Assembly: GCF_000175255.2 (NCBI RefSeq)
Contig: NC_017262.1
Location: 780,001 to 812,000, forward strand
Source of the DNA: Zymomonas mobilis subsp. mobilis ATCC 10988
Lineage (GTDB): Bacteria > Pseudomonadota > Alphaproteobacteria > Sphingomonadales > Sphingomonadaceae
Direction of reading: 5' to 3'
Length of the DNA: 32,000 nt
Shown piece by piece: positions 8,371 to 18,373 of this stretch; positions within the stretch are counted from its first letter, which is position 1, and every line of letters starts with the position of its first letter. A program made the translations under genes and the position numbers. The notes beneath the pieces were generated by a model that ran no database searches, was not told the DNA's origin, and saw nothing but the letters and a program-made list of their open reading frames with translations.

Positions 8371-10761
8371 GTGCGCAAAATCGCTTTTTCATGTTGTTGG
8401 CTTACGCTTTCCTCTCTTCTTCCCGGCATTGCTTTAGGGGCAACGCCTAGCCTTGAAAAAGCGCAGACAGAGACAACAAAAGCAGACTCAGTCCCCGAAG
8501 TAACGAATAAAACAACAAATGGGAAAGAGGCCGATAAAGGGGCTGACCTTGTTGTTACCGCACGGCAGACCCATTCCGAGCAAAGCGTCAGCCATGTTGA
8601 AATACAGCGTCTTCTTCCCGGCTTAAATCCGGTAAAAGCCATTGCTATTTTACCAGGGGTTGTTTTCACCAATGCTGATCCATGGGGAAATAATGAACAG
8701 AATTCCTCCCTTTTTATTCATGGATTCAGCAAAAACCAACTTGGTTACACAATGGATGGAGTGCCGTTAGGTGACCAGGATTATGGCAATTACAATGGCT
8801 TATCACCCCAGCGGGCAATGATTAGTGAAAACACAAAATCTGCCTCACTTTCATCCGGTGCGGGCGCGCTTGGGACGGCCTCAACCAGCAATCTTGGCGG
8901 TACTTTAGAATTTCTAACCAGCGATCCCCTCTCACGGGCAGGCGGACAGATAAGCCAAACTTTTGGCAGTTATTCCACCTATCGAACCTTTGCGCGTATC
9001 GACACTGGCGAATTTGGAGACGGGAACAAAGCCTATGTGTCATGGGCAAGACAAGATGCCAAAGCATGGGATTTTAACGGGCATCAAGGGGGCAATCAGG
9101 TCAATGCCAAATTCATTCACCAAGATGATAGTAACAAGCTGACCCTCTATTTCGATTGGTCAAAAAAGATCGAACCCAATGAAGATGGCGTTGTTATGCC
9201 TAGTTCGATTTATGTCCGGCCATCCATGTATCCCGATTTTAATTATGCCCAAAATTATCTTTCAGCGAGTGGAGCAACGCCTGCTGCCGCTGGATTGAAT
9301 TATCGAAATTATTATTCTGATGCCCAACGCGAAGATTTCTTGGGCTATATAAAATTCACTCATGATTTCAGCGATAATGTTTCATGGGATAATCAATTCT
9401 ATTATCATCATAACGCTGGTGTCGGTGTCGTCGCAGGCCCCATTCAAGCCGCCGGACTTCCCGCCTTATTCGAAGCCTATTTCCCCGGACAAAATTTAAA
9501 ATCTGTTTTTGGTAATTCGGGTTATGCGACACGGACAACCGAATATCTCGATAATCGAGGCGGCTTAATGTCCACCTTGCATTATAAAACGGGTAAACAT
9601 TCTATCGAAGTCGGCGGTTGGTATGAACGTAATGACAATACCCAAGCCCGAAACTGGTATGCGCTCGATGTTAATTCTCCCTCAACCCCCTATCAAAGAC
9701 CGAAAAACCCGCTTATCCGACAATATAAAAACGCTTTTTATACAGACACTTTTGTAACCCATCTTCAGGATACATGGCGAATAACCCATAATCTGACCTT
9801 ACAGGCCGGTTTTAAATCTGAATTAGTCTATACCGATGGGAAATTACCGATTGCCGCCCTCCCCGGCTCTCTTTCTCCCAAAAACGCGATTACTGTTCCG
9901 GGTGGTAAAATTTCAGCGACCAAACCCTTCCTTCCAGCCTTTGGCGCGTTATGGAATGTCACGCCTCACGAACAGCTTTTTGCCAATATTCAAGAAAATA
10001 TGCGTAGTTTTGAAGCTGCAGGCTATGGCAATGCTACACCTTGGGGCGTTACCAGTCAGGAAGCCTTTGAAGACTTTAAAAAACACGGCAAGCCTGAAAC
10101 CTCATGGACCTATGAAACGGGTATCCGCACCAACCGAGAGGTTCATTTCGGGCCCCTCACCCATTTCAGTGGACAGCTTGAATATTACCATGTCCATTTT
10201 TCCAATCGGCTCTTGGCCGTTTCAACCACCCAAACCAATTCTTCGATCGTCGGCAGCGCAACCATCCTGACCAATGTCGGTTCAGTGACGACAGATGGTA
10301 TGGATTTGTCCTTCACGATGAAATTCGGGCCTCATTTCTCTGTCTATAATGCCCTTTCCTATAACCGTTCGGTCTATAACGATAACTACAATAACGGCAG
10401 TTCCGAAGTCATGACCGCAGGCAAACGCGTAGCCGGTGTTCCCGACTGGACAGAAAAATTCGTAGGCAGCTTTGAATGGGGTAATTTCTCGGCACAGATC
10501 ACCGGCGATATTATCGGCAAACGTCCGGCCACCTTTACCAATGATTTATCCGCCGGTTCCTATATGATTTACGGCCTCAATGCGGGCTATACTTTCCATA
10601 ATATTCCCCATGTCCGTGATTTACGTATCCAAGGCAATATTACTAACCTGACGAATGAAAAAGGCTGGTCAACCCTTGGAACCAATCAAGCCTCTGGCCA
10701 ATATACTGCATTCCCTATTGCGCCCCGTATGTTCTTCATCACGGTTCAGGCCGGTTTCTAA
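8371..10761 (+). CDS. TonB-dependent outer-membrane receptor (796 aa, GTG start)
   Basis: Signal peptide MRKIAFSCCWLTLSSLLPGIALGA, TonB-box-like DLVVTA, plug-domain motifs (LPGVV...FIHGF...DGVPLGD), a long beta-barrel and a C-terminal aromatic residue (...ITVQAGF). AGGGGA RBS ~9 nt before the GTG. Confidence 0.93.
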   Translation: MRKIAFSCCWLTLSSLLPGIALGATPSLEKAQTETTKADSVPEVTNKTTNGKEADKGADLVVTARQTHSEQSVSHVEIQRLLPGLNPVKAIAILPGVVFTNADPWGNNEQNSSLFIHGFSKNQLGYTMDGVPLGDQDYGNYNGLSPQRAMISENTKSASLSSGAGALGTASTSNLGGTLEFLTSDPLSRAGGQISQTFGSYSTYRTFARIDTGEFGDGNKAYVSWARQDAKAWDFNGHQGGNQVNAKFIHQDDSNKLTLYFDWSKKIEPNEDGVVMPSSIYVRPSMYPDFNYAQNYLSASGATPAAAGLNYRNYYSDAQREDFLGYIKFTHDFSDNVSWDNQFYYHHNAGVGVVAGPIQAAGLPALFEAYFPGQNLKSVFGNSGYATRTTEYLDNRGGLMSTLHYKTGKHSIEVGGWYERNDNTQARNWYALDVNSPSTPYQRPKNPLIRQYKNAFYTDTFVTHLQDTWRITHNLTLQAGFKSELVYTDGKLPIAALPGSLSPKNAITVPGGKISATKPFLPAFGALWNVTPHEQLFANIQENMRSFEAAGYGNATPWGVTSQEAFEDFKKHGKPETSWTYETGIRTNREVHFGPLTHFSGQLEYYHVHFSNRLLAVSTTQTNSSIVGSATILTNVGSVTTDGMDLSFTMKFGPHFSVYNALSYNRSVYNDNYNNGSSEVMTAGKRVAGVPDWTEKFVGSFEWGNFSAQITGDIIGKRPATFTNDLSAGSYMIYGLNAGYTFHNIPHVRDLRIQGNITNLTNEKGWSTLGTNQASGQYTAFPIAPRMFFITVQAGF

Positions 10762-10778
10762 TTTTCGAGGCTTTTACT

Positions 10779-11906
10779 ATGACCCGCTTCAATCGCCGCC
10801 ATTTTCTACAAACTACAGGCGCTCTTCTTGGCAGCAGTAGCCTCTTAAAAGGAACAGACCTTTTTGCAGCTCCCAGCTTGGCTTTTCCGACCCGTCCTCT
10901 AATTTTTGCGCATCGCGGAGCCTCTGCCCTACGGCCAGAACATACATTAGCCGCCTATGGCAAAGCTATTATCGATGGTGCCGATTATATAGAACCGGAT
11001 CTGGTGCCAACTAAAGACGGTAAACTTATTGCCCGTCACGAAAGCAATATCACCGATACCACTGACGTCGCCCAGCATCCCGAATTTGCCAATCGGCGAC
11101 GAGTGATGACTATTGACGGCAAAGAACAGGAAGGCTGGTTTACAAGTGATTTCACACTTGCCGAAATCAAACAGCTTCGTGCCTGCGAACGGCTCTCCAA
11201 AATCAGACCGTTTAACAGTCGCTATAATGGCTGGTTTGAAATTCCCTCTTTAGAAGAAGTCATCGACTTTGTCGCTGCGACTTCGACCGCCTATGGAAAA
11301 AATATTGGCCTTATTCCTGAAATTAAGCATCCAACCCATTTCAGGAAAATAGGACTTCCCTCTGAAGATAAGCTGGTAGAAATACTCGATCACCACCCAT
11401 ACACTCGTCAGACAGCTGTCGAAATCCAGTCATTTGAACCAACAGCCCTCCGTTATCTCCATCAAAAGATAGGGCAAAATCATCCCAACTGGAAACTCAT
11501 GTTTTTACTTGGCGATCCTGACGTGCCACCAGCCGATATTCTGGCATCGGGTGGCAAAACAACCTATAGAAATCTGATAACTAAAGAGGGTTTGCGGGAC
11601 ATACGCCGCTATGCTGATGCCATTGGGCCCGCTAATGAATATCTCATTCCAAAAGACAATACGGGGCAATGGCTACAACCGACCAGCCTTATACAAGACG
11701 CGCATGAAGCCGGACTGTTAGTGCATAGCTATACTTGTCGACCGGAAAATATCTTTTTGCCTCGGCAATTACGCAATCAAGAAGGCGACAGCAGCCGTAA
11801 CATCCAAGGCTCAATTGCTGAAATCAGACGCTATTTAAGCATGGGGTTAGATGGTTTTTTCACGGATGACCCCGCTATCGGTCGTCTAGCCATTACAGAA
11901 CTGTAA
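10779..11906 (+). CDS. glpQ: Periplasmic glycerophosphodiester phosphodiesterase with a twin-arginine signal (375 aa)
   Basis: Tat motif MTRFNRRHFLQTTGALLGS. GDPD catalytic motifs FAHRGAS..RPEHT and IEPDLV. It starts 17 nt after the receptor stop, so is probably co-transcribed. Confidence 0.9.
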   Translation: MTRFNRRHFLQTTGALLGSSSLLKGTDLFAAPSLAFPTRPLIFAHRGASALRPEHTLAAYGKAIIDGADYIEPDLVPTKDGKLIARHESNITDTTDVAQHPEFANRRRVMTIDGKEQEGWFTSDFTLAEIKQLRACERLSKIRPFNSRYNGWFEIPSLEEVIDFVAATSTAYGKNIGLIPEIKHPTHFRKIGLPSEDKLVEILDHHPYTRQTAVEIQSFEPTALRYLHQKIGQNHPNWKLMFLLGDPDVPPADILASGGKTTYRNLITKEGLRDIRRYADAIGPANEYLIPKDNTGQWLQPTSLIQDAHEAGLLVHSYTCRPENIFLPRQLRNQEGDSSRNIQGSIAEIRRYLSMGLDGFFTDDPAIGRLAITEL

Positions 11907-12013
11907 CGCCATTTTACGGACAACATTTATTGCCGATAAGGCGAATCCATTGGTGACCTAAATCCCAAGACAAAAAAACAAATTTCTATCGTCAAAACCC
12001 GCCGACACAAAAA

Positions 12014-12047
12014 AAGAAGGCCACCTTTATCCAAGGTGGCCTTCTTC
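12014..12047. terminator. Bidirectional intrinsic terminator between convergent glpQ and pal
   Basis: AGAAGGCCACCTT-TATCC-AAGGTGGCCTTCT forms a 13-bp perfect stem. It is flanked by an A-run on the left (AAAAAAA) and a T-rich run on the right (TCTT), so it has a U-tract in both orientations. Confidence 0.85.
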
Positions 12048-12083
12048 TTACTTACGCATCAATTTTTAAGGCAAAGTAACCGA

Positions 12084-12614
12084 TCAATTCGGCGTAACCG
12101 TCACAGCACGACGATTCTGTGCCCAAGATTCTTCATCCGATCCCATCGCCAATGGCCGCTCTTTACCATAGCTGATGACATTGATTGAATTAGCAACACC
12201 GGCTTTGGCCAAATAGTCACGAACGGCATCAGCGCGTTTTTCACCCAAGGCGATATTATATTCACGGGTGCCGCGTTCGTCACAGTGACCTTCAATCGTG
12301 ACGCGGGTGCTGGGGTATTTTTTGAACCACTGGATTTCGCGATCCAAAATAGCCTTGGCTTCACTGTCAAGATCATGGCTATTCAAAGCAAAATGCACCA
12401 TGTCGGTGCCGACCTGACGCAAGAAATCAGCGTGAGAGCCGGGAACCACAGTATCGCGAACCGCACCGACATCAGCATTACCGTTTGAAGTCGGGGCTGG
12501 TGCTTTGGTTGTCGGTGCCGGTGGCAAACTTGCCGTTTTAGGCTGGTGATCGGAGCAGGCAGTCAGGGCTACGAGACCAGCAAACAGACTTATTGTTAAT
12601 TTACTTTTAGTCAT
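12084..12614 (-). CDS. pal: Peptidoglycan-associated lipoprotein Pal (176 aa from the ATG at 12614)
   Basis: Lipobox LVALTAC after MTKSKLTISLFAG. C-terminal OmpA-like domain (TIEGHCDERGTREYNIALGEKRA). GAGG RBS upstream of 12614. The ORF-track extension to 12662 lacks a signal sequence. Confidence 0.95.
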   Translation of the reverse strand: MTKSKLTISLFAGLVALTACSDHQPKTASLPPAPTTKAPAPTSNGNADVGAVRDTVVPGSHADFLRQVGTDMVHFALNSHDLDSEAKAILDREIQWFKKYPSTRVTIEGHCDERGTREYNIALGEKRADAVRDYLAKAGVANSINVISYGKERPLAMGSDEESWAQNRRAVTVTPN

Positions 12615-12740
12615 TATTAACCTCATCGGCAAAAAATGTCTGCCATCCTGTGAAAAAAGCAATAATATCGAAAGTAATAATCACCGAATCACTTGAACAA
12701 CTCGGATATTATCTTACAATTTATCGAAATAATAAAGAAA

Positions 12741-14117
12741 TTACGGCAATAACGGCCCCCAAGATGGATCAGAACCATCTAAAGGCGTTGGAATATGCCG
12801 TTCATTAACCCCCGTCAGATCAACCGACCATAACTCCGTATGACCAGAATTACGGGCTGTTCTAAAGAAGGCAATGACTCGTCCATTCGGCGACCAGCTA
12901 GGCCCTTCATCCTGCCAACCATTGGTCAGAATTTGTTCACCCGAACCATCCGTTTTCATCACACCGACATGAAATCCGCCGCCCAATTTTGTAAAGGCGA
13001 TCAGATCACCGCGCGGACTCCAAACTGGGGTTGCGTAACGTCCACTACCAAAACTAATGCGGTTCTGATTGGATCCATCAGCATTCATAATATAAATCTG
13101 CTGACTACCTGACCGATCACTTTCAAAGACGATTTTAGAGCCATCGGGTGAGAAACTCGGTGCCGTGTCGATACCGGGCGAAGTGGTCAGACGGGTTGCC
13201 TGCCCACCGGAAACCGGAACCTTGTAAATATCGGTATTGCCCGCAACAGACATAGAGAAAACAATCGTTTTCCCATCTGGCGAAAAACGCGGGGCAAAGG
13301 TCGTATTCGGCTTATTCACCACCAAACGCACATGGCCAGAACCTAAAGTATAGACATAAATGCGCGGAGAATTACCAACATAAGAAAGATAAGTAACAGT
13401 CTGCTGGTTCGGCGCAAAACGCGGGGTCAGAACCATCGACTGGCCATTCGTCAAGAAACGGTGATTGGCACCATCCTGATCCATGATCGCCAGACGCTTC
13501 AGGCGATGATTTTTTGGGCCCGTTTCAGAAATATAAACGATGCGGCTGTCAAAATAGGGGCCTTCACCTGTCAAACGGGTATAAACTGCATCAGCACATT
13601 TATGTGCGGCTCGCCGCCAGTCGGCTGGTTTCACGACAAAGCCCTTATGCAACATTTCCTGCGAAGCGAAAACGTCATATAAATAACAGCCTACCGTCAG
13701 AGTGCCATCGCCATTGGCCTGAACGAAACCCTGAACCAAGGCCTGCGCGCCACTCGATAACCAATAGCTATATTGCGGAGCGGTTACTTCAGGAAAAGAT
13801 ACATTATGCAAGGAGGCTTGCTGCGATGGCGTAAAAAGGCCACTGGATTTCAGGTCATTGGAAATAACCGAAGCGACCTGCCGACCTAATACCGCCGTCG
13901 TTCCCGCCAAGGTTTCAACCGAACTCGGAGTCGGCATTACCGGCACCGCAATCGGCATAGGCTGGGAAATACCGCCCGTAATATCGACTCGCAAGATGCG
14001 GCGATTATCGCCCTGATTGGCTGCTTGACCACTAGCCGCAGGATTTTGCGCGAACAAAGCCGTGCTGCTTACCGCCATCAAAGCCGTTAAGGCCCATTTT
14101 CTGATTACGCTGCTCAT
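12741..14117 (-). CDS. tolB: Tol-Pal system beta-propeller protein TolB (458 aa)
   Basis: Signal peptide, N-terminal TolB domain and repeated propeller motifs (P.FSPDG..I.F, SPDGSKIVFESDRSG, WSPRGDLIAF, WSPNGRVIAF). It lies between tolA and pal. Confidence 0.97.
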   Translation of the reverse strand: MSSVIRKWALTALMAVSSTALFAQNPAASGQAANQGDNRRILRVDITGGISQPMPIAVPVMPTPSSVETLAGTTAVLGRQVASVISNDLKSSGLFTPSQQASLHNVSFPEVTAPQYSYWLSSGAQALVQGFVQANGDGTLTVGCYLYDVFASQEMLHKGFVVKPADWRRAAHKCADAVYTRLTGEGPYFDSRIVYISETGPKNHRLKRLAIMDQDGANHRFLTNGQSMVLTPRFAPNQQTVTYLSYVGNSPRIYVYTLGSGHVRLVVNKPNTTFAPRFSPDGKTIVFSMSVAGNTDIYKVPVSGGQATRLTTSPGIDTAPSFSPDGSKIVFESDRSGSQQIYIMNADGSNQNRISFGSGRYATPVWSPRGDLIAFTKLGGGFHVGVMKTDGSGEQILTNGWQDEGPSWSPNGRVIAFFRTARNSGHTELWSVDLTGVNERHIPTPLDGSDPSWGPLLP

Positions 14118-14170
14118 TCAACAATCCTTCATTTCGAAGCCCATCACAGGCGACGTTATTTCTTATAATC

Positions 14171-15253
14171 TCAATGCATCTGCGCCGGAATGAAGCCAAT
14201 ATCAATTTCATCCCACCCACCTTTATACAGTTCGGCAGGCAGATGCAGCGGAGCACAACGCAAAACAGCACGACGGCTTATTTCAGCCATTTGACGGGCA
14301 TAAGAACGATTGTCCGAGGTCAATCCGGTTTGCTCGATCATTTCAGGCACACCATTTACCGAACCATCAGGGTTAAAACGCAACCGCAAAACGGTAATAA
14401 TCCGCATTGCATCCGTGCCGCCTAATGCCCCAAGATCATAGCAAGGTTGAACCTGACGTTTGATCGCGGCACCCAAACCATTCAAGGCAGGGCCCGAGAT
14501 TGAAGACCCTTGCGGTTTCGAAGAAGTCCCCGTCCCCCCAAGAATACCCTTCAAAAAATCATTACCCAAACGGGAACCACTATTACGACTATTGTCGCTT
14601 TTACTTTTCCCGCTATCGGATGCGTTACTCTTTTCTTTTCCTTTATTACTCCCAGTGTTGCTGCCTGCCTTATGATCAGAAACATTAACCTGAGATTTAG
14701 AAAAAGACTCCATCAAATTCTTGACGTCATTATGCGGCTTGCTTGGCGTTTTACTTTCCGCTTTTGGTTGTGTTTTTTCAGCTGCCGTTACTTTTGCTTT
14801 TTGAGCTGGGGCTACTGCCGCTTCTCTAGGCTGGGGTTCTGGCTTTGCCACAGGCACAGGCTTCGGCGTTTCAACCGGCTTGGCTTTGGGTTGCGGTTCC
14901 GGCTTCGCCACAGGCTTGTTTTCTACCTTTGCTTCGGCTTTCGCCGAATTCTGGGTTTGAGCCTTAGGCTGGCTATCCGCTTCCTTTGGAGTCTCTTTTT
15001 TCGGCGCGGGGGCAGCCTCTTTTTCTTCCCCTATCTTCGGCGCAGTCGTCGCCCTTGCCGCTTCAGAAGAGGCTTCAGGGGAAGAAGAATGGATCCCGAC
15101 TCCATGGGCAAAGGTCACTTCTATCGTATCAACGGGCTGACTTTGTCGCTTATCTTGCAAGGAAAAACGGATCAAAAAAAACAGCAGAAGCAGAACATGA
15201 CCGGCCACCGCGATAAAAAAGCCGCGCCTCATCGCTGATCGGGAGGTCATCAC
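14171..15253 (-). CDS. tolA: Cell envelope integrity protein TolA (360 aa)
   Basis: N-terminal TM helix FFIAVAGHVLLLLFFLI, a long K/P/E/A-rich domain II and a C-terminal TolA/TonB-like domain. It sits between tolR and tolB. Confidence 0.9.
   Translation of the reverse strand: MMTSRSAMRRGFFIAVAGHVLLLLFFLIRFSLQDKRQSQPVDTIEVTFAHGVGIHSSSPEASSEAARATTAPKIGEEKEAAPAPKKETPKEADSQPKAQTQNSAKAEAKVENKPVAKPEPQPKAKPVETPKPVPVAKPEPQPREAAVAPAQKAKVTAAEKTQPKAESKTPSKPHNDVKNLMESFSKSQVNVSDHKAGSNTGSNKGKEKSNASDSGKSKSDNSRNSGSRLGNDFLKGILGGTGTSSKPQGSSISGPALNGLGAAIKRQVQPCYDLGALGGTDAMRIITVLRLRFNPDGSVNGVPEMIEQTGLTSDNRSYARQMAEISRRAVLRCAPLHLPAELYKGGWDEIDIGFIPAQMH
14835..14915. repeat. Imperfect 21-bp direct repeat inside tolA domain II
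   Basis: GGTTCTGGCTTTGCCACAGGC (14835-14855) and GGTTCCGGCTTCGCCACAGGC (14895-14915) share 19/21 identity at 60-bp (20-codon) spacing. Both encode the repeated peptide PVAKPEPQP. Confidence 0.8.
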
Positions 15254-15259
15254 AATGAC

Positions 15260-15787
15260 TTACCTTCCTTCATCATTCGGGGATTCTTTGCTTGTCGCAG
15301 AATGTCCCGAAGAACCGGTTGTTACCAAAGCCACTTTTTTCAAACCGGCATGATCCAATTCGCCCATTACCTGCATCACTCGACCATAATTTAAAACCCG
15401 ATCGGCTTTCAGATAAATCGGCTGCTCACTAACCACGGCAGGGGCATCAGGATCACCCTCACCCGATACCTGCTCATGCTTTGCCAAATTCGCTTCATGG
15501 ATAGCCTGCAAACGGGCAGGCAATTCAGCCATATCAACAACATCGTCATCAATATGAATACTGCCATCCGCTTCAATAGTAATGGTGACCGGCTTTTCCT
15601 TGGATTCCAAAGCCTTGGCACGGCTATCCGGCAAATTGACGGCCACCCCTGTCACCATCAAAGGCGCTGTCACCATAAAGATAATCAACAGAACCAACAT
15701 CACATCAACCAAAGGTGTGACGTTGATTTCTGCCATTAAAGGCCGTCTTTTGGCACCGCGCCTTTTTCTTGCCGAAACTGCGCTCAT
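15260..15787 (-). CDS. tolR: Tol-Pal system protein TolR (ExbD/TolR family, 175 aa)
   Basis: EINVTPLVDVMLVLLIIFMV is the ExbD/TolR signature. The start overlaps the tolQ stop by 1 nt (TGATG), which suggests translational coupling. Confidence 0.93.
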   Translation of the reverse strand: MSAVSARKRRGAKRRPLMAEINVTPLVDVMLVLLIIFMVTAPLMVTGVAVNLPDSRAKALESKEKPVTITIEADGSIHIDDDVVDMAELPARLQAIHEANLAKHEQVSGEGDPDAPAVVSEQPIYLKADRVLNYGRVMQVMGELDHAGLKKVALVTTGSSGHSATSKESPNDEGR

Positions 15788-16497
15788 CAGTGGCGAGCGT
15801 CCATGGCGCGGCTTAAGGTGATATAGATGCGGTCAGAAAAACGGGTCAGGCGCGATTCAAAACGCCCAATGGTATGCGACATCCGGTTATAGGCAATGCT
15901 CGCCGGAATAGCTGCGAACAGCCCCAATGCCGTCGAGAAAAGCGCTTCAGCAATACCGGGGCCCACAATCGCCATGGCGGTATTTCCGCCTGCGGCAATC
16001 TGGCTAAAACTATGCATAATGCCCCAAACCGTCCCGAACAAACCCACAAAGGGAGAGACAGATCCAATCGTTGCCAGACTACTCAACGGGGAAGACATAT
16101 CCTCAACCGCTGCTGCAACAGCATCCTCAAGGGATAAAGAAAGGCGATCACGCTCGCCTTCATGGTCAATGACTTTTCCAGCCGATTTGGCGGTCTGCAT
16201 CCCAGCCAGAAAGATACGGGCAGAAGGATCATTGCTACCGAAATAGCGATCATAAAAGCGCTCCAGCTCCCCCATTGATTCGGCTTTGCTATAGGCTTTT
16301 TCAAAATTACGGCTTGCCCGATTAGCAGCAGAGGAACGGAAAAACTGCCCGAAAATAAGCGCCCAACTGCCTATACTGGCGCAAAGCAACAATATCATGA
16401 CCAAACGGCCAACCATATCGGCATGAAGAAATAACGTCACCGGCGATAGAACAGAACTCGCCAAATCGGCATTGCCGGACATTTCCAAAGAAGGCAT
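15787..16497 (-). CDS. tolQ: Tol-Pal system protein TolQ (MotA/TolQ/ExbB family, 236 aa)
   Basis: Three TM segments and the conserved GLFGTVWGIM..F...A motif. It lies 7 nt downstream of ybgC. Confidence 0.95.
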   Translation of the reverse strand: MPSLEMSGNADLASSVLSPVTLFLHADMVGRLVMILLLCASIGSWALIFGQFFRSSAANRASRNFEKAYSKAESMGELERFYDRYFGSNDPSARIFLAGMQTAKSAGKVIDHEGERDRLSLSLEDAVAAAVEDMSSPLSSLATIGSVSPFVGLFGTVWGIMHSFSQIAAGGNTAMAIVGPGIAEALFSTALGLFAAIPASIAYNRMSHTIGRFESRLTRFSDRIYITLSRAMDARH

Positions 16498-16504
16498 CTT
16501 TTAA

Positions 16505-17008
16505 TTACTTCCTTTCAACCCGATCCAATGCGGGAGAGCACAGCGCTTCAAATAAAGACCGCCAATCTGTCGGTATTCGACAAGGCCGCCCATCGACAGA
16601 TAAAAAGGCAACTTCGCTTTCTATTTCTGTTAAAAGCTCTGCACCCCGAAAAATTTTTTGCTGTAGCTGAAGTGTTGCCGCCCGCAAGCGGATAATTTCA
16701 GTTTGTATATCCAATCGGTCATCCAGCCATGCAGGCTGACAGTAACGGATTTTCTGTTGGTGAATGACAAACATGCCAATACCGTCCTGATAGGCTTGAC
16801 GCTGATTGACACCCAAAATCTTCACCAGATCGGAACGCGCCCGCTCGGTAAAACGTAAATAATTGGCGTGATAGACTCGCCCCGAAAGGTCAGTGTCTTC
16901 ATAATAGATATTGACGGGAAAATGATGGACGCGCCCCTTCAAAAGGCCATCTGCAACCGGATGAACAGGCGTATCTTCCGATATTGTCTTTTCCTCTGTC
17001 ACCATCAC
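16505..17008 (-). CDS. ybgC: Tol-Pal-associated acyl-CoA thioesterase, YbgC/4HBT hot-dog family (167 aa)
   Basis: YYEDTDLSGRVYHANYLRFTERAR is the 4HBT/YbgC catalytic-region pattern. It is the first gene of the tol-pal cluster. Confidence 0.88.
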   Translation of the reverse strand: MMVTEEKTISEDTPVHPVADGLLKGRVHHFPVNIYYEDTDLSGRVYHANYLRFTERARSDLVKILGVNQRQAYQDGIGMFVIHQQKIRYCQPAWLDDRLDIQTEIIRLRAATLQLQQKIFRGAELLTEIESEVAFLSVDGRPCRIPTDWRSLFEALCSPALDRVERK

Positions 17009-17184
17009 AGCCGCCTTTTTGAACAGACCAAGCTCAAGAATTTCTTCAGCTATCTAACGAAAAAATCAAAATACGCTCTAAGCCGTCATTATAATATAAA
17101 TATCTATTCTTTTTTAATCCGTTTAATGAATGGCCTCTTGTAAAAGAAAAGTAACCTTAACCAGCGATGAAATCTTATATATCT

Positions 17185-18228
17185 TTATAATAATCCGGGC
17201 TGATTTTTTATTTCAGAATGCTTTCCTTCTGCTTCTCTAGGGTCAGTTAAGCCCAAATGTCGCCAAGCCAGACCATTTAACTGACGACCGCGCGCCGTGC
17301 GCGCCACCAATCCTAACTGGATCAAATAAGGTTCGATTACCTCTTCAACTGTATCCCGAGGCTCGGATAGACCAGCGGCCAAGGTATCCAGTCCAACAGG
17401 CCCGCCTTTATAAATATCGGCAATCATCATCAGATAACGGCGATCCATCAGATCAAGCCCCAATTTATCAACTTCCAGACGATTCAAGGCCTCATCTGCA
17501 ATAAAGCGGTCAACTATTTTAGAGCCAGCAACATCGGCAAAATCACGCACACGACGCAGCAAACGTCCGGCGATACGAGGTGTTCCACGCGATCTTTTGG
17601 CAATTTCCTCGGCACCTTCCGGCGCGATTTCCATACCCAACAAACGGGCAGCGCGCGTAATGACCTGCCGCAATTCTTCAATGCTATAGAATTGCAAACG
17701 CACCGGAATCCCGAAACGATCACGCAAAGGCGTGCTTAACAAACCTTGACGGGTCGTTGCCCCTACAAGGGTAAAATGAGGTAAATCAATTCGGACAGAA
17801 CGAGCAGAAGGCCCCTCACCTATCATCAAATCCAAAGCGCGATCTTCCATCGCGGGATAAAGAACTTCTTCGACGACCGGCTGAAGACGATGGATTTCGT
17901 CAATGAACAACACATCGCCATCTTCAAGATTGGTCAAAAGCGCGGCCAAATCGCCGGATTTCACAATAACTGGGCCCGAAGTCGCTCGAAAGCCAACGCC
18001 CATTTCGCGGGCAATAATCTGGGCTAAGGTTGTTTTCCCCAATCCTGGCGGGCCAAAGAAAAGCACATGATCGAGCGATTCCTGCCGTTTTTTTGCCGCC
18101 TCGATAAAGACGCGGATATTTTCTCTTGCCGCCTGTTGCCCGATAAATTCATCCAGCGAGCGAGGGCGCAAGGCCTGATCGGGGTCAGCATTTTCGGCTT
18201 CGGGATTTAATAAGCTATTGCGCGTCAT
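17185..18228 (-). CDS. ruvB: Holliday junction branch migration DNA helicase RuvB (347 aa)
   Basis: Walker [10 protein letters not shown], Walker [10 protein letters not shown], sensor GATTR and a C-terminal winged helix. Confidence 0.98.
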   Translation of the reverse strand: MTRNSLLNPEAENADPDQALRPRSLDEFIGQQAARENIRVFIEAAKKRQESLDHVLFFGPPGLGKTTLAQIIAREMGVGFRATSGPVIVKSGDLAALLTNLEDGDVLFIDEIHRLQPVVEEVLYPAMEDRALDLMIGEGPSARSVRIDLPHFTLVGATTRQGLLSTPLRDRFGIPVRLQFYSIEELRQVITRAARLLGMEIAPEGAEEIAKRSRGTPRIAGRLLRRVRDFADVAGSKIVDRFIADEALNRLEVDKLGLDLMDRRYLMMIADIYKGGPVGLDTLAAGLSEPRDTVEEVIEPYLIQLGLVARTARGRQLNGLAWRHLGLTDPREAEGKHSEIKNQPGLL

Positions 18229-18373
18229 AAAAAGAAAAAGACCATGAAAAGGAGAGAAAATAAAGTTCTTTTAAAAGCTGCCTCGTTTTTTCGCGACAGG
18301 AATCACAAGGCAGTTGATTGCAGATAGATCAGAAAAATGCTTATCCTTCATAAGGCGATCAGGAGATTACGCA

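Noticed and set aside
8331-8672. A 113-aa minus-strand ORF overlapping the receptor start; also 22142-22330 (62 aa), 19837-20046 (69 aa), 26017-26259 (80 aa) and other short ORFs in the track.
   Set aside because: They overlap well-supported genes or lie in AT-rich spacers. They lack an RBS and have no recognisable motifs.
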